DNA of 62,952 nucleotides, the filler included, from Pelomyxa schiedti (taxonomy: Eukaryota; Protista; Evosea): assembly GCA_020536535.1 (NCBI GenBank). It is 9 parts of 9 records of this genome, joined end to end, with 100 filler letters (N's around TTAATTAATTAA, not from the genome) between each part and the next. Parts side by side here need not be neighbours in the genome. Positions count along the whole stretch, not along the records: positions 1 to 9,149 come from JAHLWZ010001300.1; positions 9,250 to 38,073 come from JAHLWZ010000065.1; 7 more parts are not named here. The stretch is one strand, 5' to 3'. The notes below the pieces were generated by a model. That model was not told the origin of the DNA, searched no databases, and worked only from the letters and a program-made list of their open reading frames with translations. This document shows, piece after piece, positions 1 through 12,850 of the stretch. The position numbers and the translations under genes were made by a program. Within the stretch, counting starts at the first letter, position 1. Every line of letters starts with the position of its first letter.

Positions 1-1345
1 GGAGTGAGTTATTGTTGGCTGGGAGAGTTGCACCCTTGTTGAGAGCCACTTTGCAAGTGACGAACCTCTCTTTGCTGATGTGAAACATGCTGATGTAAAG
101 GACTCCGTTGTTGGGGCAAAGCCACTGAACGAACTCCACATCTCCTGTATTTTGGCAGAGACAATCCAGTACATCCTCATCTGGCTCGTGAAATGGGAAC
201 ACTGTAAGCAACCACTTGGCAACATCTACTTTTTGAATTGATTGCAGAACAGCATTCCAAAAGCCAACCCCACCTTCACGGATGGCGGCTTCAAGCCTTT
301 GACAATCCTCCGCGGTTGAATGCTTGTTTGGAAACAGGAACCCAATGACCCTATCCGGGTCAAGGCTCACTGGGAACTTCTCCACACACCACCAGATATG
401 GCCAGGAAATTTCCCTGCAGCACAACAAGAATACAACGCATGGAACACAGATGAATTCCCAAGAGCTGCTAAATTGAACTTGTCAAACAGCCAATTGAAA
501 ACTTCAATCTTCCCACGGATACAGCTTCTCAATGACGTATACACCCACAATAACGAGGGCGCCTCATTTTTGTAGCAATCGATGCCAATCACATTGTTGA
601 CAAGCCAACTGACCACTTCTAAGTGGCCTGAAACGCACACCCTTGGCAAGAAGTTGGCGTTTCCACACTCCGCTCTGACATACTCAATCACCCTTTCCCT
701 GAGCCTGTTCCTCACATCCGGCGTTGCCTCTCCCCACCCAGTTACACTAAAGCCAAGGCCATCCCACAATTTCGGGCTCGTGAACACATCCCTCCCATCA
801 CCACCATCACCACAGCTCCCCAACATTGCCTGGGCCATTCTCAAGTGGCCACCAATGCACAGCCCAAGCAGTGCAGCCACGACCTCCTTCACAGAACAAA
901 GCGAGTCCCAACGATCACACGCCACGACCAAGTTGCCGATTCCATCACCTCTCACTGCCGCCGTCCCGCTCTCTCCTTTTGGAACAGTGAATGGCACCTT
1001 TTGTGCCCGGCGATCTCCACGCACGACAGCGGCGCTCCTGAAGTTGTTGACGAGCCGAGCGACGCAGCGAGGGGCAGGGACACTGGCAGCACTCGTGAGC
1101 ACAGAGTATCGAGACGCGTTTCTAGTTCGGCAGAGCGCGGTCGCCCTGGAGCACACGACCCCGACCAGGGGGAACATCGCCTCGCCGACACGGAACAGGT
1201 CCAGGTTGCGGCACCCGTTTTTTTCGTCTTTGCGTTTGCTGCTGCTGTCGCCGTCGAGCCAACCTGGCCTCACCACCATGTCCAACACAAGACGCGAGAC
1301 GCCGAGAAAATGCGACTGGTCTGGGGAGCTGCCGAGCGACACCAT
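1..1345 (-). pseudogene. Degenerate ankyrin-like repeat family protein, frameshifted near nt 120, runs off the window start
   Basis: ATG at 1345 (MVSLGSSPDQSHFLGVSRLVLDMVVRPGW...) opens a frame with GHLEVVSWLV and GDVEFVQWL repeats. Similarity to the paralog at 62135-62944 (FAPT...SLAKWLSTRV) continues in a different frame below ~120. Confidence 0.65.
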
Positions 1346-1489
1346 TTTTTCCAATAATTGATTTTTTTTCCGAAGCTGTAGGTAGCTGAGATGGTGGCAG
1401 AACTACTATTGGAAGACAATAGTTTGGTTTAATTGTTTTCGTTTTGACCTACTTATTGAATTGAAAGTGGAAATATATAAACTGTTCTG

Positions 1490-4400
1490 TTATGAATTTG
1501 AAGATACAACAGTTGGTGCGGGTTTGCAGTACCCAGTCCACTGTTCTTGGTGTTGTTCCCAAAAAGCCTTTATCTCCTTAAGTCTGTGAACGGAGTTAGT
1601 ATAAAATAACAAAAGCCGGAAAAGCAAACCTTGGTGCTAGTATGTGAGTTGGTGGTCTTTGTTCTGGATCACCACTCACACAGTCCTTGTATAACTGAAC
1701 CAGGCACTCAGGGCAGCGGCCAGGCTGTGGAGTACTATGTGGAAGTGAACAGTATGGTGAGGTTGCTGCGGTGGTTGTAGAATCTGGTGTGGTTGCTGTA
1801 GCGGAGGATGTAGTGGTGGATGTAGGAGGGGGTGTGGTTGGAGAAGGTGCAGGCGGTTCGGTTGATGTGGAGGACACGTCTGGAGGAGTCAGGGTTGGCC
1901 TGATACCCTTTTGTGCCTCGATAACAATCACGAAGTCCATGTTGGCTGGAAAGCTGAACTCGCTGTACCATGGCTTACTGTACACACCATCGATACAGCG
2001 CCTGAAGACTTCCCAAAATGTGATTCCCAGACTGTAGACGTCACTTTTTTGAGGTCAGTACATAAACACGAGTGCGGGCACCACCCACCATTTTGTGGAG
2101 AACATTGCCGGAGGTTTTGAGGGATGCTCTGCATCTGGCCCAAGTTCAGGTGCGCAGTAAGGAAAAGTTCCCCTCATCTCACGTAATGTAGCCAGCTGAT
2201 TTCCCGTTGTATTGAAACGACTTAGACCTGGAATAAATAAGATATACAATAACGACAACAGAGCCACACCAAAGTCACAAACTTTGCAATCCCACTTTTC
2301 AGTTACAAGTACATTGAGACTCTTGAAGTCACGGTGCAGAATGGATGGGGAGAATGTATGAAGGCAATTGAGACCTTGTGTCATCTTTGTGCTTTGTTAA
2401 AGAAGGAGAGATAAGTACATTAAAAAAAAAACCTCAATACAAAACTTGAAGACTTTGTCCCAGCCGATATCATAGGAAGTATTGTTAAGCACGTCATACA
2501 GTGCTGTGGGTGGGGTGTTACACAAGGGGAGATACAAATATAAAACCTACTTCCGCGAGAGCAAAATTCCATAATCATACATAGTTTGGGTTCCAGTGAG
2601 GACCCAAAGAAAGTGACAATGTTGGGGTGATGTAGCACGCTAGTAGTAGGTTTATGAGATGATGGTAATTAAAGAATATTCTCCATACCACATGATTTCA
2701 AATTCTTTTTGGAATTCGTCAGCTTCCGTTTCGTCTTCCCATGGCTTTAAAACCTTCACTGCTACATCATTTCCCTTGTAGAGTGCTTTGTAAACTTTGC
2801 CGGAAGTGCCTGACCCGATTTTATCCCGTCCAGATTTTCCAACTTGAGCGTAGTACTCGAATTCAGAACTGTCAATTATCCAGGACTTGGTTCCAGTTGG
2901 ATTGGTGCTTGAAAGAAAATGTTAGATTAAATTCCAAGAGTCAGTCGTTGATATGAAAACCTTGCATTGAGGTTGGCCATTGAAATCTTTGTCAGCAGGG
3001 CGTGGGATTTACTGGACTTGAATGATGAAGGATCAGATTCAACTGGCGGGTGCGGTACATGCGAGACTGGTGGGGCCTGTTGTACTGGGGCTTGGGCATG
3101 CACTTGCGCTTGTGCTTGTTGTTGTGCCTGGAGAGCTTGTTCCGCTATTGTTTTTCTTTCAAAACAAGACACATGAAGAATGGGAATACCTTTTAACTTT
3201 TCGGCTTTGGATAAAATAAGAAGCCTATGTGCTGGTTTGTCTACACCAATTGATTGCAGCAAAGCCTGATCAACCATTGGTATTACATCCAGAAAGAGGG
3301 ACTCCGAAAGAAACTGAACAATATTAGAGAAAGTTGGGTTTCCACCAGGAGAACCTTTTTCTTATAAAGTGTATAAATGTCAGGATCCACAGACTCCAGC
3401 CATCGGTACAGGTCTAATCTCTAACATTAAATTGTGTCTGCCAACCTCTGCTTTACCTTCAACTTTTTGAAGCCTATTTGCAATACCGATATTTTTTGCA
3501 GAGAGTGCTAGCTCAAGTGGTGTTTTGCCTTCTTTACCCTAAAAAATGAGTGAATACTTGTGACTCCCCTGAAGCACTACCTTGACATTCGTATGTGCTC
3601 CAGCTTTCAGTAGCACCATTACTAAATCGTCGCGGTTCATCCTCACTGCAAAATGTAGTGGACCCTCTCCAAATGAATTAACACTATTGACGTCGGCTCC
3701 CGCCTGGAAATAGTGTTAGATAAGTCGGATTTTTGGTAGAGCTCACGTCTAAAAGCATAGTAACGAGCATTAGTCGCACTGATTTGTTAAAGCAAGATTT
3801 ATGCAATGGTGTTTCGCCAAAGCGATTGACAGCATTTACATCGGCTCTCTTCTCAATCATTTTGTTAAATGGTTCCTACCAAGTTCATGAGAAGGTGACA
3901 AGAAATGGTGTGAAGCAACTTGGCATTGTGGGGACCGGAATTTTTCGCAAAAATAGTGTAGTGGAGTATTCAAGTCTTGATTTAGTATTGATACTTGTAT
4001 GCCTAAGAAAAAAGTAAGGTTCGCGTCACCTCAGAATACTGATTGCACCTTCAGTATTGAGAATTTTTAAAAGAATTTGTTCATCACAGTATTGAACAGC
4101 GTGGTGTAAGACCGAACAACCACGTCGGTCCTGAATCCGGGGATTACTTTCATGTGAATATTAACAGTGCATACCTGAAGATTTATATCAATTCTGTTGT
4201 GAAGGTAGAACTTCAGTAGCTCCTCAACTATGGCGGGTTGATTGGCTTGCATTGCCGCCACAATTGGAATCTTAATAAAAGTACATTACCCAAGGTAATG
4301 AATGAAATACAATAGGTGCCTGGTCATTAGAGTCCGGTGCCAAAACTTCAGTTTTTGCTGAGTGCTTTGATAACCGAGCCCTTACCTGTTGACAGTGAAT

Positions 4401-4688
4401 ACAACCACAACGAAACAAAACAAAAAGTACTCACCCCAACAAGGTCACCCTTTTTGATTGCTTCATGAAGCTTGGATTCAGTTCCCTTCCTCATGGTTGG
4501 CGAGGACGTGTTATTTGAATTGTCTGAAGATGTACGTCGTAGCAAAAACTACACCAAGCAAATTAATCCAGTACCACAAGCAAAAAGGAGGGAGAAAAAC
4601 TGGGTGGGAAAAAAAAAACGCCGTTAGATCCGGCACAAATACGTACCCTCGCTACTCTGCTACTCGATGTAGGTGTCGTTGCCGACAT
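1490..4688 (-). CDS. Multi-exon ankyrin-repeat / SAM / tyrosine-kinase-like (TKL) protein kinase
   Basis: Exon fragments give ankyrin repeats (KLHEAIKKGD, GETPLHK, GEGPLHFA), a SAM-like LQSIGVDKPAHRLLIL, and kinase motifs HPNIVTFFG, ILHRDFKSLNVL, KVCDFG, GTFPYCAPE, DPEQRP. GT-AG introns. The start exon at 4688 is inferred. Confidence 0.85.
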
Positions 4689-5046
4689 GGACTTCAAGAT
4701 CTACCCCGTAACAAGGGACCCTCTCCGAATCACCTTTTTTTTTATTTTATTGCTGTTTGTTCGCTTTACGCAGGGGATTGGTGTGTGGGTGAAAAAATTC
4801 ACGTGAACTACGAAATCGCCGAAGCAGATCTGCGTCTCGTTTCGTAAGGTAAAAAAGGGACTTAGAAAAAAGTGGTTTTATTTCTTTACAAAGCTAATGC
4901 CTAGCTATGTACACTGGTTATTCCTACATAGAATACATTGCAGAGGGAACAAGATACAAAAAGAGAGTCAGTCCTATGAATAGGAGCTGCACGCGGGTTT
5001 CTTGGTGTTCCTTATGTTGTGGTTAGGACAACTGGAACGAATGAGT

Positions 5047-7099
5047 TTAAAATTCATACCGGGGTGGAGGCGGACACATTTCTAGCTGCTGTTGCTGTTG
5101 AATGTACTGCTGCTGTAGTTGCTGCTGGTAGAGTTGGTGTTGTCTGAGTTGTTGTTGCTGTTGCGGAGTGGGTGGTTCATATTGTGGGGTATGATGCCGG
5201 TGATGATTACGGCGTCTTGCGGGAGTTTGTGGGTAATTTGTTGTGGTTGCGGTGGTGGATGTTGCGTTTTGCGGTGGGTATCTTTTTTGTGTGGATGTTG
5301 GTGCGTACGCCGGGTATTCAGAATTGGATTCGCTCTCGGTTCCGGGAACTTGGGATTGGGGAAGTTCTTCACCAAGCCAGGATGACAGTGGAGGTAGTTT
5401 CGTGTCACCGCCGGTAGTAGCTGCGGAAGGAATTTGTTCTGTGCCCTCACTCCCGGGAAGAGTGATGTGGGTTTCAACGGAGTGGGTGTGAGTTGTGCTT
5501 GGGATACTGAATTCTGTGGGCAGTACGGTCGGCAGAACAAACGTAGTTGTGGTGGTTGTGTGCTGAGTGGTTTGTATGGTAGGAGGAGAGTTTGGTACGT
5601 GAGTGGTTGTTGTGACATGGGTGGTGGTTGTGGTAGTTGTTTGGGATGGGGATGGGGGAAAATACTGTTCCATATCTTCAACATGTGAAGGTTGGGATGC
5701 GGTCTTTGGTTTTGGTTTTCGCCCTCTCTTCTTTCCCGTGTGGTGAGAATGGATGGACTTGGAGGGAGAATTTGTAGGTGCTGAGGAAGATACCTCAGGA
5801 ACTCCGCACATGCCGCCGAGTTTCATTTGTATCTGTTGCATCTGATGTTGCTCTTGCATTTGCTGTTGCTTCAACTGCTGCTGTTGGAGTAATTGTTGTT
5901 GTTGGAGTTGTTGCTGTTGGAGGAGTTGTTGTTGTAGCAACTGCTGCTGTTGAAGTTGTTGTTGCTGCATTTGTTGTTGCTGTAGTATTTGTTGTTGTTG
6001 CTGGAGTTCCTGTGTTGCCGCATTGATGTCATCTCTATGGAGCATTGTATACCGAACAGCAATGTCAGCTAAAAGTGGGTACTTTCTTATCATATCAGCG
6101 AGTGCCGGATCTCAATATGATGTAAACGAACAGAGCACAAAAGAATGATTTAAATACCAGTTCGAACTTGAGTTCTCATGACCGGTTGCACATACACTGG
6201 TTCTTGGGCAGCATCATCAGGTGGTGAGTTGGGTGGTGAGTTTGGAGGATTGCCTCCATATGGGTGGTGATGAGGTGTGGTATGTGTATGAGTGCGCCGT
6301 GAAGGCCTCGGAAGGTAAACTGGATAAAAAGGAGAAGCACTGGGCACAGGCACTGATGGTGAAGGTGGGGATGGTGGAGGTGAACCAAAACTCTCCCGAT
6401 CATAAATTCGTTTTGACTCTGGGTTGCTCAGAACATCCTGAAGAAAAAGAATAAGAAGAAGAAATTGCACAAAATATAAAAACAGCAATAACAGAGGAGA
6501 AAGGAACCATCAACCAAAAATTACTATACACGGAAACATCACAATTGTGCACCGCACGACTTGCACCGTTACACATGAATATACATATGACATGTTTGTA
6601 GATTGCACCGCGCTCACATATTTTATTCACATAGAACAGTACGAGAATGATAACGTGCACATACATAAGCCTTCCTGACGGCGATGAAGGCCGAGTCGGT
6701 GTGCGCGCTGGCGCCGACCTTGTCCGGGTGCAGCAGCTTGCACAGCCGCCGGTAGCTCCGCCGTATGTCCTCCACGCTCGCCCCCGCCCCCAGCTCCAGC
6801 GTGTCGTAGTGGCTCGTGCTCGTCGACACCCTCTGCGCGAGCGCAGCCAGCGCCTCCGCCGTCCACCCCGCCAGGCCGCCCGCGCCCCCGCCCGCGCCTC
6901 CCCCTTGCGGCCCGGAGCAAACGCAGGCATCGCCCGCGCCCGCGCCCGCGCCCTCGCCGTCGGTACATGCGCCGCCGTTGCTGGTGTCGGTGGCGCACGG
7001 CCCCCCTGGGTTGTGAGGCTCGGCTTCTTGCTGTTGTTGGCTGAGGGAGCCAGGGGCAGTCGGGAATTCGCTGTCGATGGAAGAGCAGGTTGACGTCAT
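5047..7099 (-). CDS. J-domain (DnaJ/Hsp40 class C) protein with polyQ and T/P-rich C-terminus, spliced
   Basis: HYDTLELGAGASVEDIRRSYRRLCKLLHPDK...AFIAVRKAY, then after an intron DVLSNPESKRIYD. Long Q runs and KKRGRKPK downstream. Confidence 0.85.
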
Positions 7100-7453
7100 A
7101 TTGAATGAAACAATCAAACGACCCTCGATACTCCGGCCGTTGATGGTTATTTGTTGCTTTGTAAAAGAGAAAAAAAAAAAAAGAATTAATTGCGAGGCAC
7201 TGTCACGGGGCTTTCGCCGGGTGTTCCGCAGCGCCCTTCGTCGGTTTTCTGCCGAAATATGCCAGGAATCTCCCTGAAATCGTCACATGGTTTGATCGTG
7301 GGGGGAAAAGAACTCTTAGAGGCTGTGGCAGAAATGAGCTCCAACAACCATGTCATGAGGGTTCTTCAGAAATGGTTGGAACTCCTTCCTGCTAGCCTCT
7401 GCTTTTCCCCGAAGAAAACAAGGGGAAAAAAAAAAAACGAAGAACACAAGAGG

Positions 7454-8727
7454 ATGGCAAGACGCGTCGGTCGCTCGCACGCACTGGCCGCGGAAGCGCT
7501 GGCCGTCGTGGCGACCGGGAGTCCGCTGTGCGTGCTGCCACCCACAAGGGGCGTCGTCGACGTGCGTTACGGTGCCAACAACGTGGCTGGGGGCACGTTC
7601 CCCAACGACCTCAGGGTGTGTGGTACGAGGGCCTGTGGAGGACAGAACAAGTGGGCATGGGGGTGGGACCTGGGCATCACCCGACACTGGTGATGTGTAC
7701 CGTCGAGTTACTTTTTTGATCTAATGCAGCACACAACTCAACCCCTGCAAGATCTGAAAATTCTGTACCCATCGGAAAACTGGGTCTTATTTACAAAGGG
7801 ACACACATTCCAATCAAAGGATGTTGCAGTGATGTCTCTTCATTGACATCGTGTCAACATACAATGTCGATCATTTCAGCTTAAAGCTGAGGTTTCCTCT
7901 CTGACACACACCTTTGACCAATAAAACAAAGATTGTGAGTGGATTGAGGCACCCCAACACACATTATGAGTTCATGTTGCACTCTCAAACAGCTCCTTGC
8001 CCAGGTTTTTCTTCAGGGACTGAAGACTGAACACTGACATTGAAGCTATTCTCAACTTTTTGTTAATTTACCCTCTGACCCACCACTCAACCGCTTTCTT
8101 GGTGAGCCGTTTCACGTCTGTGGCAACCTGTGACTCCCCACACAAAGCAGTCGTTTTGGCATTTTACCCCAAGTCCCGGTGGTGGAACCGCTACCACCAC
8201 TTCTGCTTCTTCTTCTGCTTCCGCTTAGTGCGGGTACTCTGACCCTGCCCGATTCTTCTTCTGGCTTTGGAACACGCCAGTGGAATGGGTTTCTCAGCTT
8301 TAACACATTTGAAGAGAGAACTGGAGGTGGTGCTTCCAATTGAAGACCAATACAGCATCCAAGAATGCTGTGCAAGCATTCCCGAACTGAGGCAAGTTTG
8401 CGAACTGGCCATGCAATTTCAATCCCAGCTGAAGAAGGCAGCACTGTCCCTTGCCTCACTGGACAAAATGATGTATACTCTCGGAGAGACCACACAACGT
8501 AACGAGAAACTGGAAATTTGTGTGACCTCACAGGGCGGCGGGATGTACTGGAAAAGCAACTTGTCGAATGTGAGGCTGCCTGCAAGAAGGTTCTTGGGCA
8601 GACACTCACAGTTCAGAACAGCAAGGCCGAGATTCAGCAATGCTCAAGGAACATCTCAGCATTGACAAAGAAGGTTTGGGCACACAAGCCACACGATTTC
8701 CGCGAAGTGGGTAAAATACGCCCGTAA
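7454..8727 (+). pseudogene. Fragmented hypothetical gene with coiled-coil C-terminal part
   Basis: Coding-like segments in several frames (7454.., 8267-8665, 8518-8727) with no clean continuous model. Confidence 0.25.
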
Positions 8728-8845
8728 TTTACGGTTACAGGGTTTATGATGATGGCGTCGCTCACAACAACCGAGACCGGTTTGTCGCCCCACTTTTTCC
8801 TTCACTTTCATTCAGTTCGGGTTATAATAAAAACAAGGCCTAGAA

Positions 8846-9149
8846 ATGCGAATTTGTCCCACCTCGTCTTTTTCTTCATCGTCATCATCGCCGAGCCCAC
8901 CCGCATCACTGCATGTTCTCCAAGTTTCACGGGTTGTGTTGGACATGGTGGTGAGACCAGGCTGGCTCGACAACGACCGCAAACGCGAGTACAAAGTATG
9001 CAGGAACACGGACCTGTTCCGGGTCGGTGAGGCGATGTTCCCCCTGGTCGTGGTCGTGTGCTCCAGGGCAATTGCACTCTCCCGCTCTCGCGGCGAGCCC
9101 CGATACTCTGTGATCACGAGTGCTGCCAGTGTCCCTGCCCCTTGCTGCG
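8846..9149 (+). CDS. N-terminal fragment of the ankyrin-like family seen at 1-1345, cut by the contig end
   Basis: VSRVVLDMVVRPGWLD...CRNTDLFRVGEAMFPLV...YSVITSAASVPAPC is nearly identical to the N-terminus encoded at ~1290-1060 (minus strand). Confidence 0.7.
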
Positions 9150-9249
9150 NNNNNNNNNNNNNNNNNNNNNNNNNNNNNNNNNNNNNNNNNNNNTTAATTA
9201 ATTAANNNNNNNNNNNNNNNNNNNNNNNNNNNNNNNNNNNNNNNNNNNN

Positions 9250-9859
9250 TGCTAGCTTTGCATGGGTCATTTCCGGTTTCAGGAGTTTGAAGTCCACCCA
9301 AACGAACTCATCATAAACGGAGCGGGTCTCAAGAAAAAAATTAGAGAAAGAAGAAGAACAGGGAGACAAATGAACCGGGCTGGGGCCGCGTATCAACTGA
9401 CTGAGAAGTTGTTGAAGCCATGTTGATCCAGTTTTATAGCTTGAACATACTGTGTGTATTGAGTCAAGGAATACACCGAACTCATTAAAACAGTGTCGTA
9501 CCCATGATATCACCCTCCCTGAACTCAAATCCGTTCCAGTGAGTGCTGTTGGAGTAGGTCCCAACAATTTCCACGGTCTTCCGTGGAATTGTAAGGTCTC
9601 CTGCCAATCCAAGGTCAGGCCCAAGAAATTTACCAGAGAAGAGTTGAAAACCTATTTCTGCAGTACTAGTGCCATCGGGGGATATTTGGCGTGACCAATA
9701 ACATTCCCCAGGGCCAACAGTGAATGGACCTTGTGTTTGTTGCCCCAAGGCTGCCAGTAACAAGTACGGTCAGTTTTATATATTCTTGAATGTGTATGTG
9801 AAAAAGAGAGAAATCGTACAATTAGAAGGAAGAGCTGTTGTGGTGTTGTGGGCAGACAT
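9250..9859 (-). CDS. Sulfotransferase (Sulfotransfer_1 family), 5' part only, truncated by the contig end
   Basis: FEFREGDIM|VCSSYKTGSTWLQQLLSQLI matches the 5'-PSB loop (YPKSGTTW-type). Near-identical to the 30618-32160 copy. Confidence 0.8.
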
Positions 9860-10173
9860 TACGGCGTTGAGTGTTTGTATGAATGTCCACTTAATACAGT
9901 TCGGTATTAAGTTAACGTTCCAATATATAAAAAGATTTTTATTGGGTCTTCAAAGAGTCTTACCCAGAAACTCGTTTGGAACAGAAAGAAACCTTTGTGG
10001 CTGTTTCCATCTCCGGCCACACTGTAACAAACTCCCGATAATTTTACAAGAAAATCAGATCTGACAGGGGTGGGTTGTTGTGTGCCTCCACTCCCAACCA
10101 ACCCGGGAACCGGAGGTAAAGGAAACCCCGGAAGAAACCGCAAATCGTCTGAGCTCAGAAAGAAAAACGCCAA

Positions 10174-11340
10174 ATGTACGGAAGGCCAACAACAAGGACA
10201 CATCAATCGGTGACGATTCCTGGGTTGGGACACACAACAATTGTCGCTGTTGTTGATGTGCGATCGCAGTTCGTTGCGTTCGCCAGCTCGTCCATCGAGA
10301 GGTGCGGCGCCGTCAGCGCGGCCAAGTTGGTGTCCCACAATCGGGCGCTGTGCGAGTCGTTCGGCCGCGACTGGGTCGTCGGTTGTTGCAAGCAGGTCGG
10401 CACCACCGTCGCGTTCCCATCCCTGTGGGGTGTGGATTCCGATGAGATGGAGCCACAGTCGTGCATCGAGCATGTGAATGTGTTCATTGGTCTGAGCGCG
10501 ACACTTGGCGTGGTGTGGTGCACGTGCCTCGACTATCGGGAGTCTGGGTGCATCACAGTGACCGTGGGTGATGACAGGTTCATGTGTGATGAGCGGAAAC
10601 CTTCGTGTGTCGTTGACAGCAGGGGGAACGTGGTGGCAACTCTGAATGGGCAGATGGACCAGTTTGCAATTTGGAGGACCAACGGAAAGTGGCTTGTGAA
10701 GATCGATGCAGCGAGGAACCTGGTTGTGTACAGGATGAACAACGGTGTGCCTGTGTGCCCGTCCCACGCAACTGTTTTGAAATGCACCTTGCCACTGAAA
10801 GACGATGGAGCACGGTTCTCTCCATTTGATCCTTGTGGTGATGAAATTGTTCTTGTTGGAGACAGAGGTGGTGAGGGAGGCTTCATATCATTTATTGATC
10901 TCGAGAAGAGTTGTGGTGCTGGAGTCACGGTGGAGGCCAGGGAGAGTCATGCACTCCCACACTCAAATCCATTTGACTTGGTTTGGTCGTCACCAGACAC
11001 GATACTCACTCTGCACCGTGACTTAAGGCATGGCTGCAGAGTTTACAACACAGTGACAGGGGAACTGCGCACATTTCCTGATTACCACCTTCAGTCTGTT
11101 TCTGCTCTTCACATGGTTTGGGTGAACAACAAATCATCGATGTATGAGGTGTACAGTGCTTCCGACATGAGCGCACCCCTTTGCCGGCACGAGATAAACC
11201 CTATGACATTGGACTATTGTTGCTCATCAGATGAGGTGTATGTCGTCAGAAGGGATGACTCCACCCAGTACGTTGTAGCGTGCATTCACGATGCAAAAAC
11301 TGCCACACCACTTGCATTTCTCACAGTTGAAATCGAGTAG
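10174..11340 (+). CDS. Intronless hypothetical protein, ARSQF-motif family (388 aa)
   Basis: DVRSQFVAFASSSIERCGAVSAAKLVSHNRALCESFGRDWVV, followed by GLSATLGVVW, NGKWLV, FSPFDPCGDE, SFIDLEKS. Confidence 0.8.
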   Translation: MYGRPTTRTHQSVTIPGLGHTTIVAVVDVRSQFVAFASSSIERCGAVSAAKLVSHNRALCESFGRDWVVGCCKQVGTTVAFPSLWGVDSDEMEPQSCIEHVNVFIGLSATLGVVWCTCLDYRESGCITVTVGDDRFMCDERKPSCVVDSRGNVVATLNGQMDQFAIWRTNGKWLVKIDAARNLVVYRMNNGVPVCPSHATVLKCTLPLKDDGARFSPFDPCGDEIVLVGDRGGEGGFISFIDLEKSCGAGVTVEARESHALPHSNPFDLVWSSPDTILTLHRDLRHGCRVYNTVTGELRTFPDYHLQSVSALHMVWVNNKSSMYEVYSASDMSAPLCRHEINPMTLDYCCSSDEVYVVRRDDSTQYVVACIHDAKTATPLAFLTVEIE

Positions 11341-11564
11341 GTTCCAGGTTAAAAAAACCACAACCAATAATTTGGAGAATAATAAAAACCAGACCGCCGA
11401 TCCTGGGCGAAACGACGTCTATTGATGGTTTTGTTGATGGTGAAGAAAAGAGGAGCTACGAGATGGGCAGATTCCTGATTCAGGGAAGATCTTTTTTTGG
11501 ATTGTTACGTTCTTCTAATGGTGGTACCTTCCTTGTGATCAATCAACAATGACTGCCATGGGTG

Positions 11565-12850
11565 CTACCACTGCGGAATTATGTGTAGACACTGATGTGT
11601 TGTACATGCGTCATTCTTACACTGTAACGCTCCCTTTTTCCATTTCTGAACTTGCTTTTTTATTTTTGTGTTTTTTGGCAGTGTCGAGCCCAAATGCATT
11701 TTACACAACCACGCAAATATTGCTCTCATAAATGCATCATTGTAGATGAGGCTGATTGTGGATGCAAAGTGGAGGCAATCGTTGGCAATTTCGCACACAG
11801 AGCTGTCAAACCACGTTCTCTGTGGCTCCTGGGTGAAATGGGGGCTGAGAACAGGTCCACTTTGAATCCACAACACACACAAGACACAGACTCTGCACTG
11901 CAGTGCCCCCATTCACATTATAATTCAGAGGCACGATGTTCAAGGTGCAGTGGGAAAAACGGAGAACCAGTGGAAACAACTCTGTGGAGCCTGCCTGATT
12001 TGACAGCCAGTTTTGATGTTGATTCGCACTCAAAGGAGGTAATTTCATTCCACGTCACTCCCAAGTGCTCTTCCACAAGGTACGTGTGGTTCTTCCTACC
12101 ACCTTGCAAAGAACCAACTTTTATCAGATCGCACATCAAGTCCAAGATTATCCTCCTCGTATCCACAATCCCTGGTGTTGAGCCTTTTGCATCAAACTCC
12201 ATCTCACTGTGCTCAAGAGATCGCAGCAGGTCCCGCCGGTTGCACAAGATTCAACCACTAGGATCACCTGAGAGAATAATCCGACCTCCTGCCGTCATGA
12301 TAGGACCACAGCCAAGGGAGAAGAACCACGTCCACGTGCCAACAACTGCCAAAGACCTTGTTTATTACCCAGCTTCTAGAGCCAAGCGAAACACAGAGGT
12401 CAGTGCTCCACAGCAGTGTGTTGAAGACGACCCCAGAAGCGTTGTGCTGCATACAAAAAGCACAATGGAGTTTATCTCCTTCCAAACAACATCACATAGG
12501 CAGTACATTGCAATCACAGAAGAGCACTTCATTGCTCTCATCAACTCCATAATTGCACTGCAGCCCACATATGAATTTACCCTCGAGTATGGGAAAATTT
12601 CAGGTTCAGCTCCAAGCTGAATTCGCAGCTTTCCTTCTTCATTCAATAACAGCCAACCTCAGATGATCTATATGTAATTGGCGGCGGCCACAAGAACGTG
12701 GAGAGCTTCTGCTATGCAACTGAGATGCGGCACAAGTTTCTCACAGGAAACAACCCATTCCACATGGACATCACACAACCAAACCCAATCATCAAATTCC
12801 TTGGCTGTGCCAACAACACATTCTTCTCCCAACTTCAGTTCTGAAGCCAC
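11565..12850 (-). pseudogene. Decayed gene relic, copy A (weak resemblance to a COR-type domain)
   Basis: A chain of short minus-strand ORFs broken by stops and frameshifts, mirrored at ~34190-35578. Domain identity is tentative. Confidence 0.3.

Noticed and set aside
582-1361. 259-aa + strand ORF and similar long antisense ORFs (9907-10767, 20563-21504, 22744-23562)
   Set aside because: Shadows of real genes on the opposite strand.
5860-6010. CAA/CAG triplet runs, and other S/T/Q homopolymer tracts
   Set aside because: Ordinary low-complexity coding sequence for this kind of genome.
9150-9249. N44-TTAATTAATTAA-N44 block, repeated 8 times in the window
   Set aside because: Artificial contig linker with stops in all six frames. 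Genes on either side are not neighbours, and it is not a TTAA target site for the transposon.
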